Shown here in pieces: positions 10,285 through 21,106 of a stretch of DNA of 37,245 nucleotides (its first letter is position 1; every line of letters begins with the position of its first letter). The translations under genes were made by a program, and so were the position numbers. Source of the DNA: Deltaproteobacteria bacterium (lineage in GTDB: Bacteria; SAR324; NAC60-12). The DNA lies in assembly GCA_038150265.1 (NCBI GenBank), contig JAYOTF010000006.1, positions 73,222-110,466 on the forward strand, in the 5' to 3' direction. The notes beneath the pieces were generated by a model. The model searched no databases, was not told where the DNA came from, and saw only the letters and a list, made by a program, of their open reading frames with translations.

Positions 10285-12726
10285 ATGGCGTATCAAGAAT
10301 TGCAAGAGCGGCTTCAATCGCTGCGAGACGGACTCAACCTCAAGATCGTAACCCTGAGCCCCAATCAGGCCGACATCATGGCCCTGGGGGAGGTGCTGCG
10401 AGACCTGGAGGAGCTGATCGACCAACTCCGGAACCAGGAAGGCTGGCAACCGGTGACCCAGGAGCTGGAGGCCCTGAACCAGCTGCTGGGCACGGCCTTG
10501 CTGGGGAACGACTACGAGAAGATCCTTGGAGAGTTTCAGGAGCGCTACAACCGCCTGGATGAGCACATGAACTCCGTCTTCCTCGGCGTGTCCACCCCGG
10601 ATCAGCTTTCCAGCGAAGCCCCTTCGGAAGCCGTTGCTGAAGAGGCACCGCCTCCGGAAGAGCCTGCAGATGCGGTTCAGGTGATTCCGGATGACCTGAT
10701 GGAGGATGAGACGCTCATCGAGTTCATCAGCGAGTGCGAGGAGGGGCTGGAAAAAACGGAAGAGACCCTCTTGCAACTGGAAAAGGATCCGGAGGATGCT
10801 CAGGCCATTCATGCGATCTTCCGGATTGTGCACACCATCAAGGGAACCTCCGGATTCCTCGGGCTTTCGGTGATGGGCGGGCTGGCTCACAAGGCGGAGG
10901 ACCTGCTGGTGCAGGCGCGCGATGGCAAGCGGATCATGGATGCCGACACCGTGGATGTGGTCCTGAGGGCCGTGGATGCGCTGCGGCAGATGGTGGATCA
11001 GGTCAAGGCTCAACTGGGCGGCACAGAGCCGGAACCCGTGCACCTTGGGGAGGTCCGGCAGCAGCTGCAGAACCTGCTCGATGGCGGAACCGCCGCCCCG
11101 GCTCCAACGCCTCCTCCCGCTCCTTCCGCCTCGGCTTCTGCAGATCCGGGAACAGAGGGCGCCCGGGAGCGTCTGCAGGAGCACGAAATTTCCGGACGCG
11201 TGCTCAGCGAAGGCGTCAAGGAAATTGAGCTGCCGAACTACAAGCCCGAGATTGTCCGGGAAGAGGAGGACGCTCAGGAGGCACTTGAGAAGTTTGGCCT
11301 GCAGGACCTGAGTGAGCCGGCAGCCGCTCCGGTGGCTGAGCCTTCAGTGGCGGCTCCGTCCACGCCCACGGCTCCGCCAGCGGCCGCTCCTGCAGAAGAG
11401 AACGACCCCTTTGCTCAGGCGCTGAAGAGCATTCAGGCGGAAAGCGCGGCACCGCCGGCTGCGGCACCCAAGGCTGCTCCGGAGCCTGCTGCTCCTGCAG
11501 AAGCCGACCATCCGGAAGCGCAGAAGCGTGCCAGCGGAGCGGTGCAGACGGTGGACATGATCAAGATTCCTGCCCCCAAGCTGGATGAACTTTCCGAGTT
11601 CATTGGAGAGATGGTGGTGGCGCTTTCGGTGCTTTCGCAGAATCCGACGCTGCAGCAGGTAGAAGACCGGATGATGCACGAACGGCTGGATCAGCTGCAC
11701 AAGATCACCGAGCAACTGCGGGACCGCATTCTCAGCATCCGCATGCTTCCGGTCAAGAATGTCTTCTCCAAGCTCAATCGCCAGGTCCGGGACCTTTCCC
11801 GCAAGTCTGGAAAGCAGATCGAGCTGACGATTGAGGGAGAGGAAACCCTGGTGGACAAGACGATCATTGATGGCATCTATGCGCCGATGATGCACCTGGT
11901 CCGCAATGCCATTGACCACGGCATTGAGACTCCGGATGAACGAGCCTTTACCGGCAAGGATGCCGCCGGAAACGTTCGGCTGGCGGCACACCACCAGGGC
12001 GATTCGGTGCTCATTGAGGTCAGTGACGATGGCAAGGGGCTGGTCCGGGAGAAGCTGCTCAACAAGGCGATTGAGCGAGGGCTGACCACGGACCGCGAAA
12101 ATCTTTCCGATCAGCAGGTGTTCAATTTCATCTTCAATGCCGGATTCTCGACTGCTGCAAAGGTGACTGACGTTTCAGGGCGCGGAGTGGGAATGGACGT
12201 GGTCAAGCGTGAGGTGGATCAGCTCCGTGGAAAGATCACCATTGAGAGCAATCCGGGATTTGGTACACGCTTCCTCATCAAGTTGCCGCTGACGACCTCC
12301 ATCATTGAGGGGCTGGTGGTTCGGCTGGGAGAAAGCCGTTTCGTATTGCCTATCCTTGATGTACACCTCACTATTACTCCTCGCAAGAGCGAGCTTTATG
12401 ACGTTCAGGGCCAGCAGCAAGAGTGCTTCTTGCTGGCTGGAGAAATTGTGCCCATCATCCGGCTTTACAAGTACTACAACATCACCCCGGAGTTTACCGA
12501 TCCGGTGAAGTCCCTGATTGTCGTGGTCAATGAGGGCGAGAAGAAGTATGGCCTGATGGTGGATGAGCTGTTGCACCGTCAGCAGATTGTTGTGAAGAAT
12601 TTAGGCGAGCGTTTCAAGGACCTGCCCGGGATTACTGGCGGCACGATTTTGGGAGATGGCCGTGTGGGGCTGATCCTGGATCCGGAGCGCTTGCTGGCTG
12701 ATAACCACCACTCAAACGCCTCTTGA
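10285..12726 (+). CDS. cheA: Chemotaxis histidine kinase CheA
   Basis: HPt IFRIVHTIKGTSG, dimerisation domain (KLDELSEFIGEMVV), HATPase (MHLVRNAIDHGIE, GFSTAAKVTDVSGRGVGMDVVK) and C-terminal CheW domain (GGTILGDGRVGLILD). Confidence 0.98.
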   Translation: MAYQELQERLQSLRDGLNLKIVTLSPNQADIMALGEVLRDLEELIDQLRNQEGWQPVTQELEALNQLLGTALLGNDYEKILGEFQERYNRLDEHMNSVFLGVSTPDQLSSEAPSEAVAEEAPPPEEPADAVQVIPDDLMEDETLIEFISECEEGLEKTEETLLQLEKDPEDAQAIHAIFRIVHTIKGTSGFLGLSVMGGLAHKAEDLLVQARDGKRIMDADTVDVVLRAVDALRQMVDQVKAQLGGTEPEPVHLGEVRQQLQNLLDGGTAAPAPTPPPAPSASASADPGTEGARERLQEHEISGRVLSEGVKEIELPNYKPEIVREEEDAQEALEKFGLQDLSEPAAAPVAEPSVAAPSTPTAPPAAAPAEENDPFAQALKSIQAESAAPPAAAPKAAPEPAAPAEADHPEAQKRASGAVQTVDMIKIPAPKLDELSEFIGEMVVALSVLSQNPTLQQVEDRMMHERLDQLHKITEQLRDRILSIRMLPVKNVFSKLNRQVRDLSRKSGKQIELTIEGEETLVDKTIIDGIYAPMMHLVRNAIDHGIETPDERAFTGKDAAGNVRLAAHHQGDSVLIEVSDDGKGLVREKLLNKAIERGLTTDRENLSDQQVFNFIFNAGFSTAAKVTDVSGRGVGMDVVKREVDQLRGKITIESNPGFGTRFLIKLPLTTSIIEGLVVRLGESRFVLPILDVHLTITPRKSELYDVQGQQQECFLLAGEIVPIIRLYKYYNITPEFTDPVKSLIVVVNEGEKKYGLMVDELLHRQQIVVKNLGERFKDLPGITGGTILGDGRVGLILDPERLLADNHHSNAS

Positions 12727-12742
12727 GAAGAGAAGGAGTCCA

Positions 12743-13225
12743 ATGAGCCAAAACTCGTTGTTTGAAAAATCAGAAGGAAAAATGCTCACCTTCATGTTGG
12801 GCACCCAGGAATACGGAATCAAGATTCTTGAGGCTCGTGAAGTGGTGGGGCTGATGCCAATTGATCCGGTGCCGCATACGCCTTCCTTCATGAAGGGCGT
12901 GATCAACCTGAGGGGCAAGATCATTCCGGTCATTGACCTGCGGTCGAAGTTCAACATGCCTCCCATGGAGCAGTCCACCACTGAAACCTGCATCATTGTG
13001 GTCGATGTCCAGGGGGCCTTGACCGGGGTGATTGTGGATGCGCTCATTGGAGTGACCCGAGTGGAGCGCGAGCAATTTGAAGACACGCCGCAACTGGGGA
13101 CCAACATCCGGACCGAATTCATTAGTGGAATGGCGAAGCTGGAGTCTCGGGTCGTCATTGTGCTGGATATCGAAAACATCCTGACCAACGATGAACTGGT
13201 CCTGCTCAAAGCCCAAGGAATGTAA
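12743..13225 (+). CDS. cheW: Chemotaxis coupling protein CheW
   Basis: [25 protein letters not shown] motif. AAGGAG SD. Confidence 0.97.
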   Translation: MSQNSLFEKSEGKMLTFMLGTQEYGIKILEAREVVGLMPIDPVPHTPSFMKGVINLRGKIIPVIDLRSKFNMPPMEQSTTETCIIVVDVQGALTGVIVDALIGVTRVEREQFEDTPQLGTNIRTEFISGMAKLESRVVIVLDIENILTNDELVLLKAQGM

Positions 13226-15378
13226 TGAAACTGACAATTGGTCAAAAGCTTACCGCCAGCTTTACGGCTCTCGCAGTACTCTTCGGGATCGTCAGCGCCA
13301 TTGGCTACTACGGCATTCAGCTGCTCAAGGACAGCATGAATTATGTCACCGGACCCGCGTGGGAAACGGCTGACGGAACCATGAACACGATGATTGCCGT
13401 GCAGCAGCAGATCATTGCGGTGGAAGACCTGCTCAAGGGACAGGAGGTCGACGCGGCCCTCAAGCAGCTGGATCAGGCTCAGGAGGAAAAAAAGGTGTCG
13501 CTGGGGCGTTTGCTGGGCTCGCCTCTGGTTTCGCAGGATCAGCGCAACCGGCTGGAGTCACTCACGTCACGGTACGACCAGCTGCGCCTGGACCTGGTTC
13601 AGAAGTACCAGACCTTTGCCACGACCGATACACGGCTCCGGGAAGAGTTTGAAAGCTTCCGGTCCATGATGGTGGAGGCCGAAGCCCTGGGAGATGCTCA
13701 GGTAGAGGTCCTCCGGAGCAACCCGGAGCAGCTGACTTCCTGGAATACGGGGCTCGACCAGCGTTGGAGTGCCGCCGATGGTGGAATGGAAAGCAGCATC
13801 TTTCTGCTGGAGCGCTTTTACTACTACCAGCAAATGCTGGCTCGACCCGACCAGCTGGCGACCTTTCAGGGGCCCTTTGACGAGGCGTTGGCGAACCTCA
13901 AGGACACGATGAACGAGATGGGAGGGCTCCCGGTGTTCATCAATGGCGCCGATAGCAGCGGGCAGCGTTTCTCCGGACTCTTCCAGGAGAAGGTTCAGGA
14001 GCATGAGCAGACCTTCAGCACGGCGGTGCGTCAGCTTCAGGCCATGAATGATGCGCTCAATGCCTACATTGCCAACACCAAAACCCTTTCCGAGTTGCTG
14101 GGAGAGTTGGAGCACAGTGGCGATGCTGCGGTCAATCGAGAGCGGGACAACGCCATGGAGCTTCAGGCTCAGGTTGACCTGATGATGGGCCTGCTGTTCC
14201 TGCTGGCCCTGGTCGTCACGATCGTACTGGGCTTCCTGCTGATCCGGAACATCACCACGCTGCTGCTGCGCATGGTGAGCGAACTGTCGGAATCGTCGAC
14301 GCAACTGGCCAGTGCTGCCGATCAGATTTCTCAAAGCTCGACCGAGGTGTCCACGGGCGCCAGCGAGCAGGCGTCCAGCCTGGAAGAAACCTCGGCTTCC
14401 ATTGAGGAAATCACCAGTCAGGTCCGGGAAAATGCGGACAACGCGGCGTATGTGTCGACATCGGTGGAGTCGGTTTCCAGCATGATCAAGCAGTCTGACG
14501 AAAACACCCGCCTCACGGCACAGTTTTCTTCAGAGGCCCGGAACGCCGCTCAGGCCGGTGTGAAGGCCATGAACGCCATCTCGACGGCCATGAGTGACAT
14601 CCGCAAGGGGAGTGACCAGGTGACCGCCATCATTGAGGTCATCGACTCCATCACGCACCAGACCAAGATGCTCGCAACCAACGCGGCGATTGAAGCAGCC
14701 CGTGCTGGAGAACACGGTAAGGGCTTTGCCGTAGTGGCCGATGAAGTCTCCAAGCTGGCAGAAAACTCGAAGCAGGCGGCCAAGGAAATTGGCTCCTTGA
14801 TTCGGGAGAGTGTCAGCAAGAGCAAGGAGGGGGGCGAGTTGGCCCTTCAGGGGGAGCAGGCGCTTCAGGATATCCTGGAACGGAACATCAAGGTTTCGGA
14901 CCTCATTGACGAAGTCACCGCCTCCAGCAGTGAACAGGCTCAGAAAATTGGCGAGATGGAGCGCATGGTCAAGGGGATCAAGTCGGCTTCTTCAGAGCAA
15001 GCCAGTGGCGTGGAGCAGGTGTCCATTGCCATCAATGAGATGAACACGGTAACGCAGACCAACGCCTCCATTTCAGAAGAGACGGCTGCGGCGGCGGAGG
15101 AGCTGTCCTCCCAGGCGCAGTTGCTCAATGAGCTGGTTGCCGAAATTTCTCAACATGTGGGAGGAACAACCGATGCGCCTCCTGCTCATCATGCAGAGCG
15201 GCCTGCTCGACGCGAGGCCTCTCTGTCGTTTTCCTCAGTTGCTTCCAAGCCCAGAGAGCCGAATCCCGCTCGGACTCCCCAGAAAGCCGCGCAACTCCCG
15301 GCTCCGAAGCCCAAAATTACCAAACAAGTTAAAGCAGAGGAAATGATTCCGATGCGTGACGATTTTTCGGAGTTTTGA
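13225..15378 (+). CDS. Methyl-accepting chemotaxis protein; all-helical (HBM/tandem 4HB-like) sensor, no HAMP, C-terminal pentapeptide DFSEF
   Basis: Two TMs. Tip [33 protein letters not shown]. Disordered linker then [15 protein letters not shown] overlap with cheW. Confidence 0.95.
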   Translation: MKLTIGQKLTASFTALAVLFGIVSAIGYYGIQLLKDSMNYVTGPAWETADGTMNTMIAVQQQIIAVEDLLKGQEVDAALKQLDQAQEEKKVSLGRLLGSPLVSQDQRNRLESLTSRYDQLRLDLVQKYQTFATTDTRLREEFESFRSMMVEAEALGDAQVEVLRSNPEQLTSWNTGLDQRWSAADGGMESSIFLLERFYYYQQMLARPDQLATFQGPFDEALANLKDTMNEMGGLPVFINGADSSGQRFSGLFQEKVQEHEQTFSTAVRQLQAMNDALNAYIANTKTLSELLGELEHSGDAAVNRERDNAMELQAQVDLMMGLLFLLALVVTIVLGFLLIRNITTLLLRMVSELSESSTQLASAADQISQSSTEVSTGASEQASSLEETSASIEEITSQVRENADNAAYVSTSVESVSSMIKQSDENTRLTAQFSSEARNAAQAGVKAMNAISTAMSDIRKGSDQVTAIIEVIDSITHQTKMLATNAAIEAARAGEHGKGFAVVADEVSKLAENSKQAAKEIGSLIRESVSKSKEGGELALQGEQALQDILERNIKVSDLIDEVTASSSEQAQKIGEMERMVKGIKSASSEQASGVEQVSIAINEMNTVTQTNASISEETAAAAEELSSQAQLLNELVAEISQHVGGTTDAPPAHHAERPARREASLSFSSVASKPREPNPARTPQKAAQLPAPKPKITKQVKAEEMIPMRDDFSEF
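15345..15378 (+). repeat. 34-bp near-identical 3' end shared by two MCP genes (copy 1; copy 2 at 17237-17270)
   Basis: GATTCCGATGCGTGA(C/T)GATTTTTCGGAGTTTT(G/A)A, 32 of 34 positions identical. Confidence 0.9.
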
Positions 15379-15380
15379 GA

Positions 15381-17270
15381 ATGAAGACCAACCTTGGCCT
15401 ACTGTCGAAAATCACGATTCTGTTTGTGATCGGAGCGCTGAGTATTGCCGCAGTCATTGTCTTGATCAACCGCAATGAGATCAAACGGATCAATGAAAAC
15501 AACATGATCCTCAAGTCTCGGGCTGTCACGACCGCGGCGATGAATGCGCTTTACTACGTCGCCGAGATGCGAGGCAAGCACAACAGCTTCAATGATGCCG
15601 AGATGCTTCAGGAAACGAAGAGCATCCGGGAGCAGCAGTTCAGCAGCCGGACCGCCAAACTGGAAGCTGTTCGGCAGACCCGCATCTACTGGACGGTTCC
15701 GGTGGTCGCCGCCTGGAACATTGGACAGCGCAACGCCGATTTGTCGAACTTTGTCTTCAAGACTCCCCGGGTCCAGGCCCGGAATCCCAAAAATGAAGCG
15801 GACCCTCTGGAGCGTGAGATGCTCCGGGAGCTTCAGGAGACAGGTGCTTCGGAAACCTATCGCTACGACACGGAGAGCAATACCTTCCGCTACATCATGC
15901 CGGTCAAGCTGAGCAAGGATTGCCTGGTCTGTCACGGGACGGTCGCAGATGATCCGGATGGCGATGGCTACGACGTGTTTGGCTTTCAGATGGAAGGCTG
16001 GAGCGAAGGCATGGTTACCGGGGGCTTTGAGATTGTGCAGGACCTGACACCGCTGCAGGAAGAACTCCGCAACAGCACCTTCCAGGTTTTGGGGGTCACG
16101 GTACTGGTGCTGCTGGGCATCCTGGGCGTGTTCTTTGTGGTGGTAAGAAGCGGAGTGATTTCTCCGATTCAGCGCGTGATCGGCACCCTCTCCGAGATGT
16201 CGACCCAGACCCTGCATGCTGCCGAGAATGTCTCTGGCTTGAGCATGTCCCTCGCGGACTCGGCGTCGAATCAGGCGGCTAGCCTGGAGGAAACCTCCAG
16301 CACCATGACCGAAATTGAGCAGCAAACTCGAGAGAATGCCGACAACGCCCAGTCGGCAGTCCGTTCAGTGAAGCAAATGGGCAACATCACCCGCCAGAAC
16401 ACGGAAAATGCTCAGCTGACAGCAAAGCTTTCAGAAGAGGCCCGCAGCTCCGTGGAGTCGGGAGCGCAGACGATGAAGGAGATTGCTGACTCCATGCGTG
16501 AGATCAGCAAGATGAGTGAGCAGATCACCGACATCATTGATGTGATCAATGACATCACGCACCAGACCAAGATGCTGGCGACCAATGCGGCCATTGAGGC
16601 CGCTCGTGCTGGTGAGCAAGGGAAGGGATTTGCCGTGGTCGCCAACGAGGTCTCGAAGCTCGCGGAAAACTCCAAACAAGCAGCCAAGGAAATTGCCGGA
16701 CTGATTCAGGAAAGTGACGGCAAGGCCCGTGCGGGGACGGAACAGGCCGGACGCGGTGAGACGGCGCTGAAGCTGATTCTGGAGAAGTTCATCAAGCTGG
16801 CAGACCTGATTGACGAGATCTCCGAGTCGTCGAAGGAGCAAAGCTCGCAGGTGAATCAGATTGAGCACCTCGTGGAAAACATCCAGGGGGCTTCCGAGCA
16901 GCAATCCGATGCGGTGGAACAGGTCACCCGCGCGGTGCTGCAGATGGACCAACTCACCCAGGGGAATGCGGCCAACGCAGAGCAGACGGCTTCTTCTGCT
17001 GAAGAAATGAGCGGCCAGGCGCAGCTGCTGCGTGAGCAGGTGACCGAGCTTTCCAACCTGGTGGGGATCGACACGAGCAGCCTGGTGGAAACCCGTCGGT
17101 ATCAGCGTGAGTCACAGCCTCCGAAAATGAAGACGCCTCGCATTCAGGCACCGTCCAAGCCTCGGGCTTCCGAGTCCTTCTCCATGCCCTCCAAGCCCGC
17201 TGCTGAAAAGTCTCATAAGGTGTCCCCCAATGATTCGATTCCGATGCGTGATGATTTTTCGGAGTTTTAA
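15381..17270 (+). CDS. Methyl-accepting chemotaxis protein with DUF3365/Tll0287-like c-type heme sensor, no HAMP, C-terminal pentapeptide DFSEF
   Basis: ATG at 15381 with GGAG SD 8 nt upstream (the ORF track starts at TTG 15375). Periplasmic ARNPKNEAD and FRYIMPV...DCLVCHG (CxxCH). Tip [26 protein letters not shown]. Confidence 0.93.
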   Translation: MKTNLGLLSKITILFVIGALSIAAVIVLINRNEIKRINENNMILKSRAVTTAAMNALYYVAEMRGKHNSFNDAEMLQETKSIREQQFSSRTAKLEAVRQTRIYWTVPVVAAWNIGQRNADLSNFVFKTPRVQARNPKNEADPLEREMLRELQETGASETYRYDTESNTFRYIMPVKLSKDCLVCHGTVADDPDGDGYDVFGFQMEGWSEGMVTGGFEIVQDLTPLQEELRNSTFQVLGVTVLVLLGILGVFFVVVRSGVISPIQRVIGTLSEMSTQTLHAAENVSGLSMSLADSASNQAASLEETSSTMTEIEQQTRENADNAQSAVRSVKQMGNITRQNTENAQLTAKLSEEARSSVESGAQTMKEIADSMREISKMSEQITDIIDVINDITHQTKMLATNAAIEAARAGEQGKGFAVVANEVSKLAENSKQAAKEIAGLIQESDGKARAGTEQAGRGETALKLILEKFIKLADLIDEISESSKEQSSQVNQIEHLVENIQGASEQQSDAVEQVTRAVLQMDQLTQGNAANAEQTASSAEEMSGQAQLLREQVTELSNLVGIDTSSLVETRRYQRESQPPKMKTPRIQAPSKPRASESFSMPSKPAAEKSHKVSPNDSIPMRDDFSEF

Positions 17271-17273
17271 GCA

Positions 17274-18086
17274 GTGGAAACTCCCCATTTGGATGATGAC
17301 GAGTTTGATCGCTTCCGGAAGCTTATTTATGAGCTTTCGGGCATCAACTTAGGAACCGGAAAGAAGCAACTCCTGGTGACCCGCTTGCACAAGCGGATCC
17401 GGGAGCTGAAGCTGTCTTCATTCTCGGAATACCGTCAGTATGTGCTCAACGACAGTTCCGGGAACGAATTGACGTTGATGCTGAACTCGATTTCCACAAA
17501 CAAGACCGACTTCTTCCGGGAAAATGGTCACTTCGAGTTTCTGAAGAGAGAGGTCTTTCCGCAACTCAAGCAACAGCGTACCGTCCGGGCCTGGAGTGCC
17601 GCCTGTTCCAGTGGTGAGGAACCATACACCCTGGCCATGCTGTTTGCCGAAAATTTTCCCAATGTCGCCTCTGCCGACATCAAGATCCTGGCGACTGATC
17701 TGTCAACCCGTGTCCTGGATTTGGCGGAAGAGGGGCTCTACCAGGAGTCCCTGGTGGAGCCGATTCCTTCGAATCTTCTCAAGAAGTACTTTACGCCCGA
17801 GTCCAGCCGGCGTGGGAATGCCTACCGGGTGTCCGCAGAGTTGAAGCGCCTGGTGCGCTTCCGGCGCCTGAACCTGATGGGAGACTATCCGCTCAACACC
17901 CAGTTTGACTTCATCTTCTGCCGCAACGTCATGATTTACTTTGACAAGCCGACTCAGGAAAAAGTGGTGGGCAAGCTGGTTCGGTTCCTCAAACCCGGGG
18001 GCCACCTCTTCATCGGGCACTCTGAAAGTCTGATTGGTGTGGAAACGTCACTGACCTATGTACAAAGCTCCATCTACCGAAAATAA
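17274..18086 (+). CDS. cheR: Chemotaxis methyltransferase CheR
   Basis: STNKTDFFRE, RAWSAACSSGEEPYTLAM, ILATDLS, FDFIFCRNVMIYFD. GTG start with GGAG SD. Confidence 0.97.
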   Translation: METPHLDDDEFDRFRKLIYELSGINLGTGKKQLLVTRLHKRIRELKLSSFSEYRQYVLNDSSGNELTLMLNSISTNKTDFFRENGHFEFLKREVFPQLKQQRTVRAWSAACSSGEEPYTLAMLFAENFPNVASADIKILATDLSTRVLDLAEEGLYQESLVEPIPSNLLKKYFTPESSRRGNAYRVSAELKRLVRFRRLNLMGDYPLNTQFDFIFCRNVMIYFDKPTQEKVVGKLVRFLKPGGHLFIGHSESLIGVETSLTYVQSSIYRK

Positions 18087-18585
18087 CCCCCCGGCGTTCC
18101 TCCAGCATGTGCAACCGGGAGAGGTGTATGTGACGGATGAAGCAGGACAGATTTCAACCATTCTTGGATCCTGCGTGGCCGTGTGCATCTGGGACCAGAA
18201 GCGGCAGATCTCGGGAATGAACCACGTGATCCTGCCGGTCAGTGCCGAAGGAAGCGCCTCGACACGTTATGCGAACGTGGCCACCTACGTGCTGTTTGAT
18301 CTGATGATGGAATCCGGATGCCAGAAGCGAGACATGGTGGCCAAGGTCTTTGGAGGAGCCAGCGGCATCTCGACCAACCTGAGCAGCAAGATGCTGTCGG
18401 TGGGCTCCCGGAACCTGGCCATCACCTTTCGGGTCCTCTCCCGCCTGGAAGTTCCCATTGTGGGGCAAGACATTGGAGGCGACTTGGGTCGTAAAATTAT
18501 CTTTGACACGCTTTCCGGGAAAATTCGAATGAGCTACCTGCAGAGCTTCGATTTCCGCAAAGAATCTCGCTTGATGGAAGGGTAA
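18058..18585 (+). CDS. cheD: Chemoreceptor glutamine deamidase CheD (start uncertain)
   Basis: VQPGE, ISTILGSCVAVCIWD, GMNHVILP (Cys/His catalytic pair), AKVFGGA, VGSRN, DIGGDLGRKI. Confidence 0.93.
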   Translation: MYKAPSTENNPPAFLQHVQPGEVYVTDEAGQISTILGSCVAVCIWDQKRQISGMNHVILPVSAEGSASTRYANVATYVLFDLMMESGCQKRDMVAKVFGGASGISTNLSSKMLSVGSRNLAITFRVLSRLEVPIVGQDIGGDLGRKIIFDTLSGKIRMSYLQSFDFRKESRLMEG

Positions 18586-19620
<1,035 letters not shown>

Positions 19621-19621
19621 C

Positions 19622-20938
19622 CTAGAACTGATCTTCTGGAATGGGCCGCTCGAAGAAGTCCTTCGTCGGCTTGTTGAAGTCCTCGTTGGAGCCCAGGATT
19701 TTTTCCTTGGGGACTTCTCGCGTGAAGAACTTGTTCCGGGCGTCCACGCGAGGGCTCTTTTCGTCTTCGAGCGGCTCGCTTTTCCCAGAAGACGACGCGT
19801 TCTGCTTGAACGTCTGAATGCTGCTGACGAGCTTCTTCTGCAGCTCCGAGATGCCGCGATCCTGAGAAACCATGCCCAGCATCCGGGCCGCTGTTTCAAT
19901 CAGACGAACATGCTCTGAGCGGATGTTGGTCCCCGTCATGGGGTAATACTGGCTGACCGCCAGGCAGAGGAACCCGAACTCCTTGATGCAAAGCGCCTGC
20001 TCCACGCGGGTGGTGGTGCCCTTCATCAGCTTGATGGAATTCCGGGCATGCACCAGGGCATTGTCGAGGGTGCTGAGCACTTCCGGGCCCCGCTCCTTCT
20101 CTCCTGCCTTGAACCGCATCATCAAAACCCGCGCGTCCTTGCGCAGCAGCTGCCCCTGATAGTGGGCCGCTAGCGCGTGCTTGGACGAAACCCGACCCAG
20201 CACATCCATCACCCGTTGCCGAGCATTGGTGGCACTGGGAAGGTTCCCCAGCACCTCAATCAGCGGAGCCAGCTTGGCACCAATGTCATCGCGCTTGACC
20301 CGCCCGGTCTTGATGATTTCATTGACGTGAAAGGTGGTTTCATCCTTGAAGGTCCGGTGCTTGAACGTCTTTGCCATCTCTGAGACAAACCACAGCTTGC
20401 GGTTCGCTTCCTTGATCTGATCGACATTTTGGACGGAGTCCTGAACCTCGGCATTCTCGGCCTTGAGGAAGGCCTCCAGGGAGTCGAGGTACTTTTTTTG
20501 AGCGATCGAAGCGATCCGGAGGGTGTGGGTGTTGGGATCCTGGTGTTCCACCTCCAGCAGCGCCAGCAGGAAGGCATCTCGGTTGAGCACCAGGTGGTCC
20601 TCCTCCCCTCGCTTGACGTAGGACTCCACCAGCTCCAGTCGGGCCTTGGAATTGAAAGGGTTGGCCTGCAGGTCTTCCACGTGACGGATGGCGTTGCGCA
20701 GCGACGACATGGAGGCCAGGCGTGCGCCGGTCATCTCCAGTTCTGTGGCCTCGCTTGTGCCGGAGTTCCCCCGTTTGGTAACGTTCCGGAGGATGCTGCT
20801 CTTGATGCTGTTGCGGCTGGCACTACGCAGTTCAGACAGTAGCTTTTCTTTTGCCGCATGAAGAACATCAAACAGCTTCAAGGGGTCTTGTATTTCCCCA
20901 AGATTGCGGATGATCTGTCGTTCTTGATCTGAGAGCAT
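19622..20938 (-). CDS. Hypothetical protein (438 aa, basic, apparently helical/TPR-like)
   Basis: Long ORF filling the gap, with protein-like composition. No recognisable family motif. Confidence 0.75.
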   Translation of the reverse strand: MLSDQERQIIRNLGEIQDPLKLFDVLHAAKEKLLSELRSASRNSIKSSILRNVTKRGNSGTSEATELEMTGARLASMSSLRNAIRHVEDLQANPFNSKARLELVESYVKRGEEDHLVLNRDAFLLALLEVEHQDPNTHTLRIASIAQKKYLDSLEAFLKAENAEVQDSVQNVDQIKEANRKLWFVSEMAKTFKHRTFKDETTFHVNEIIKTGRVKRDDIGAKLAPLIEVLGNLPSATNARQRVMDVLGRVSSKHALAAHYQGQLLRKDARVLMMRFKAGEKERGPEVLSTLDNALVHARNSIKLMKGTTTRVEQALCIKEFGFLCLAVSQYYPMTGTNIRSEHVRLIETAARMLGMVSQDRGISELQKKLVSSIQTFKQNASSSGKSEPLEDEKSPRVDARNKFFTREVPKEKILGSNEDFNKPTKDFFERPIPEDQF

Positions 20939-21106
20939 GCGTTTATTCAGTAGGTGGACTCCGAGTCGTTAAGCTGAGGCTGCCACAGGGCGCAGGGACT
21001 GTTTCCCATGAGCTGGAAAGGATGGGCACATGGAGGCGTCCGCAAAATCCTTCCTACATAGGAATAGTGGATTCTGAGGGGATTGTCCATGCGGAAGCGC
21101 CCGGAA

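Noticed and set aside
21030..21060. Possible sigma-54 site upstream of the orphan ORF (GG...TTGC on the minus strand)
   Set aside because: GG-to-GC spacing is 9 nt rather than the required 10.
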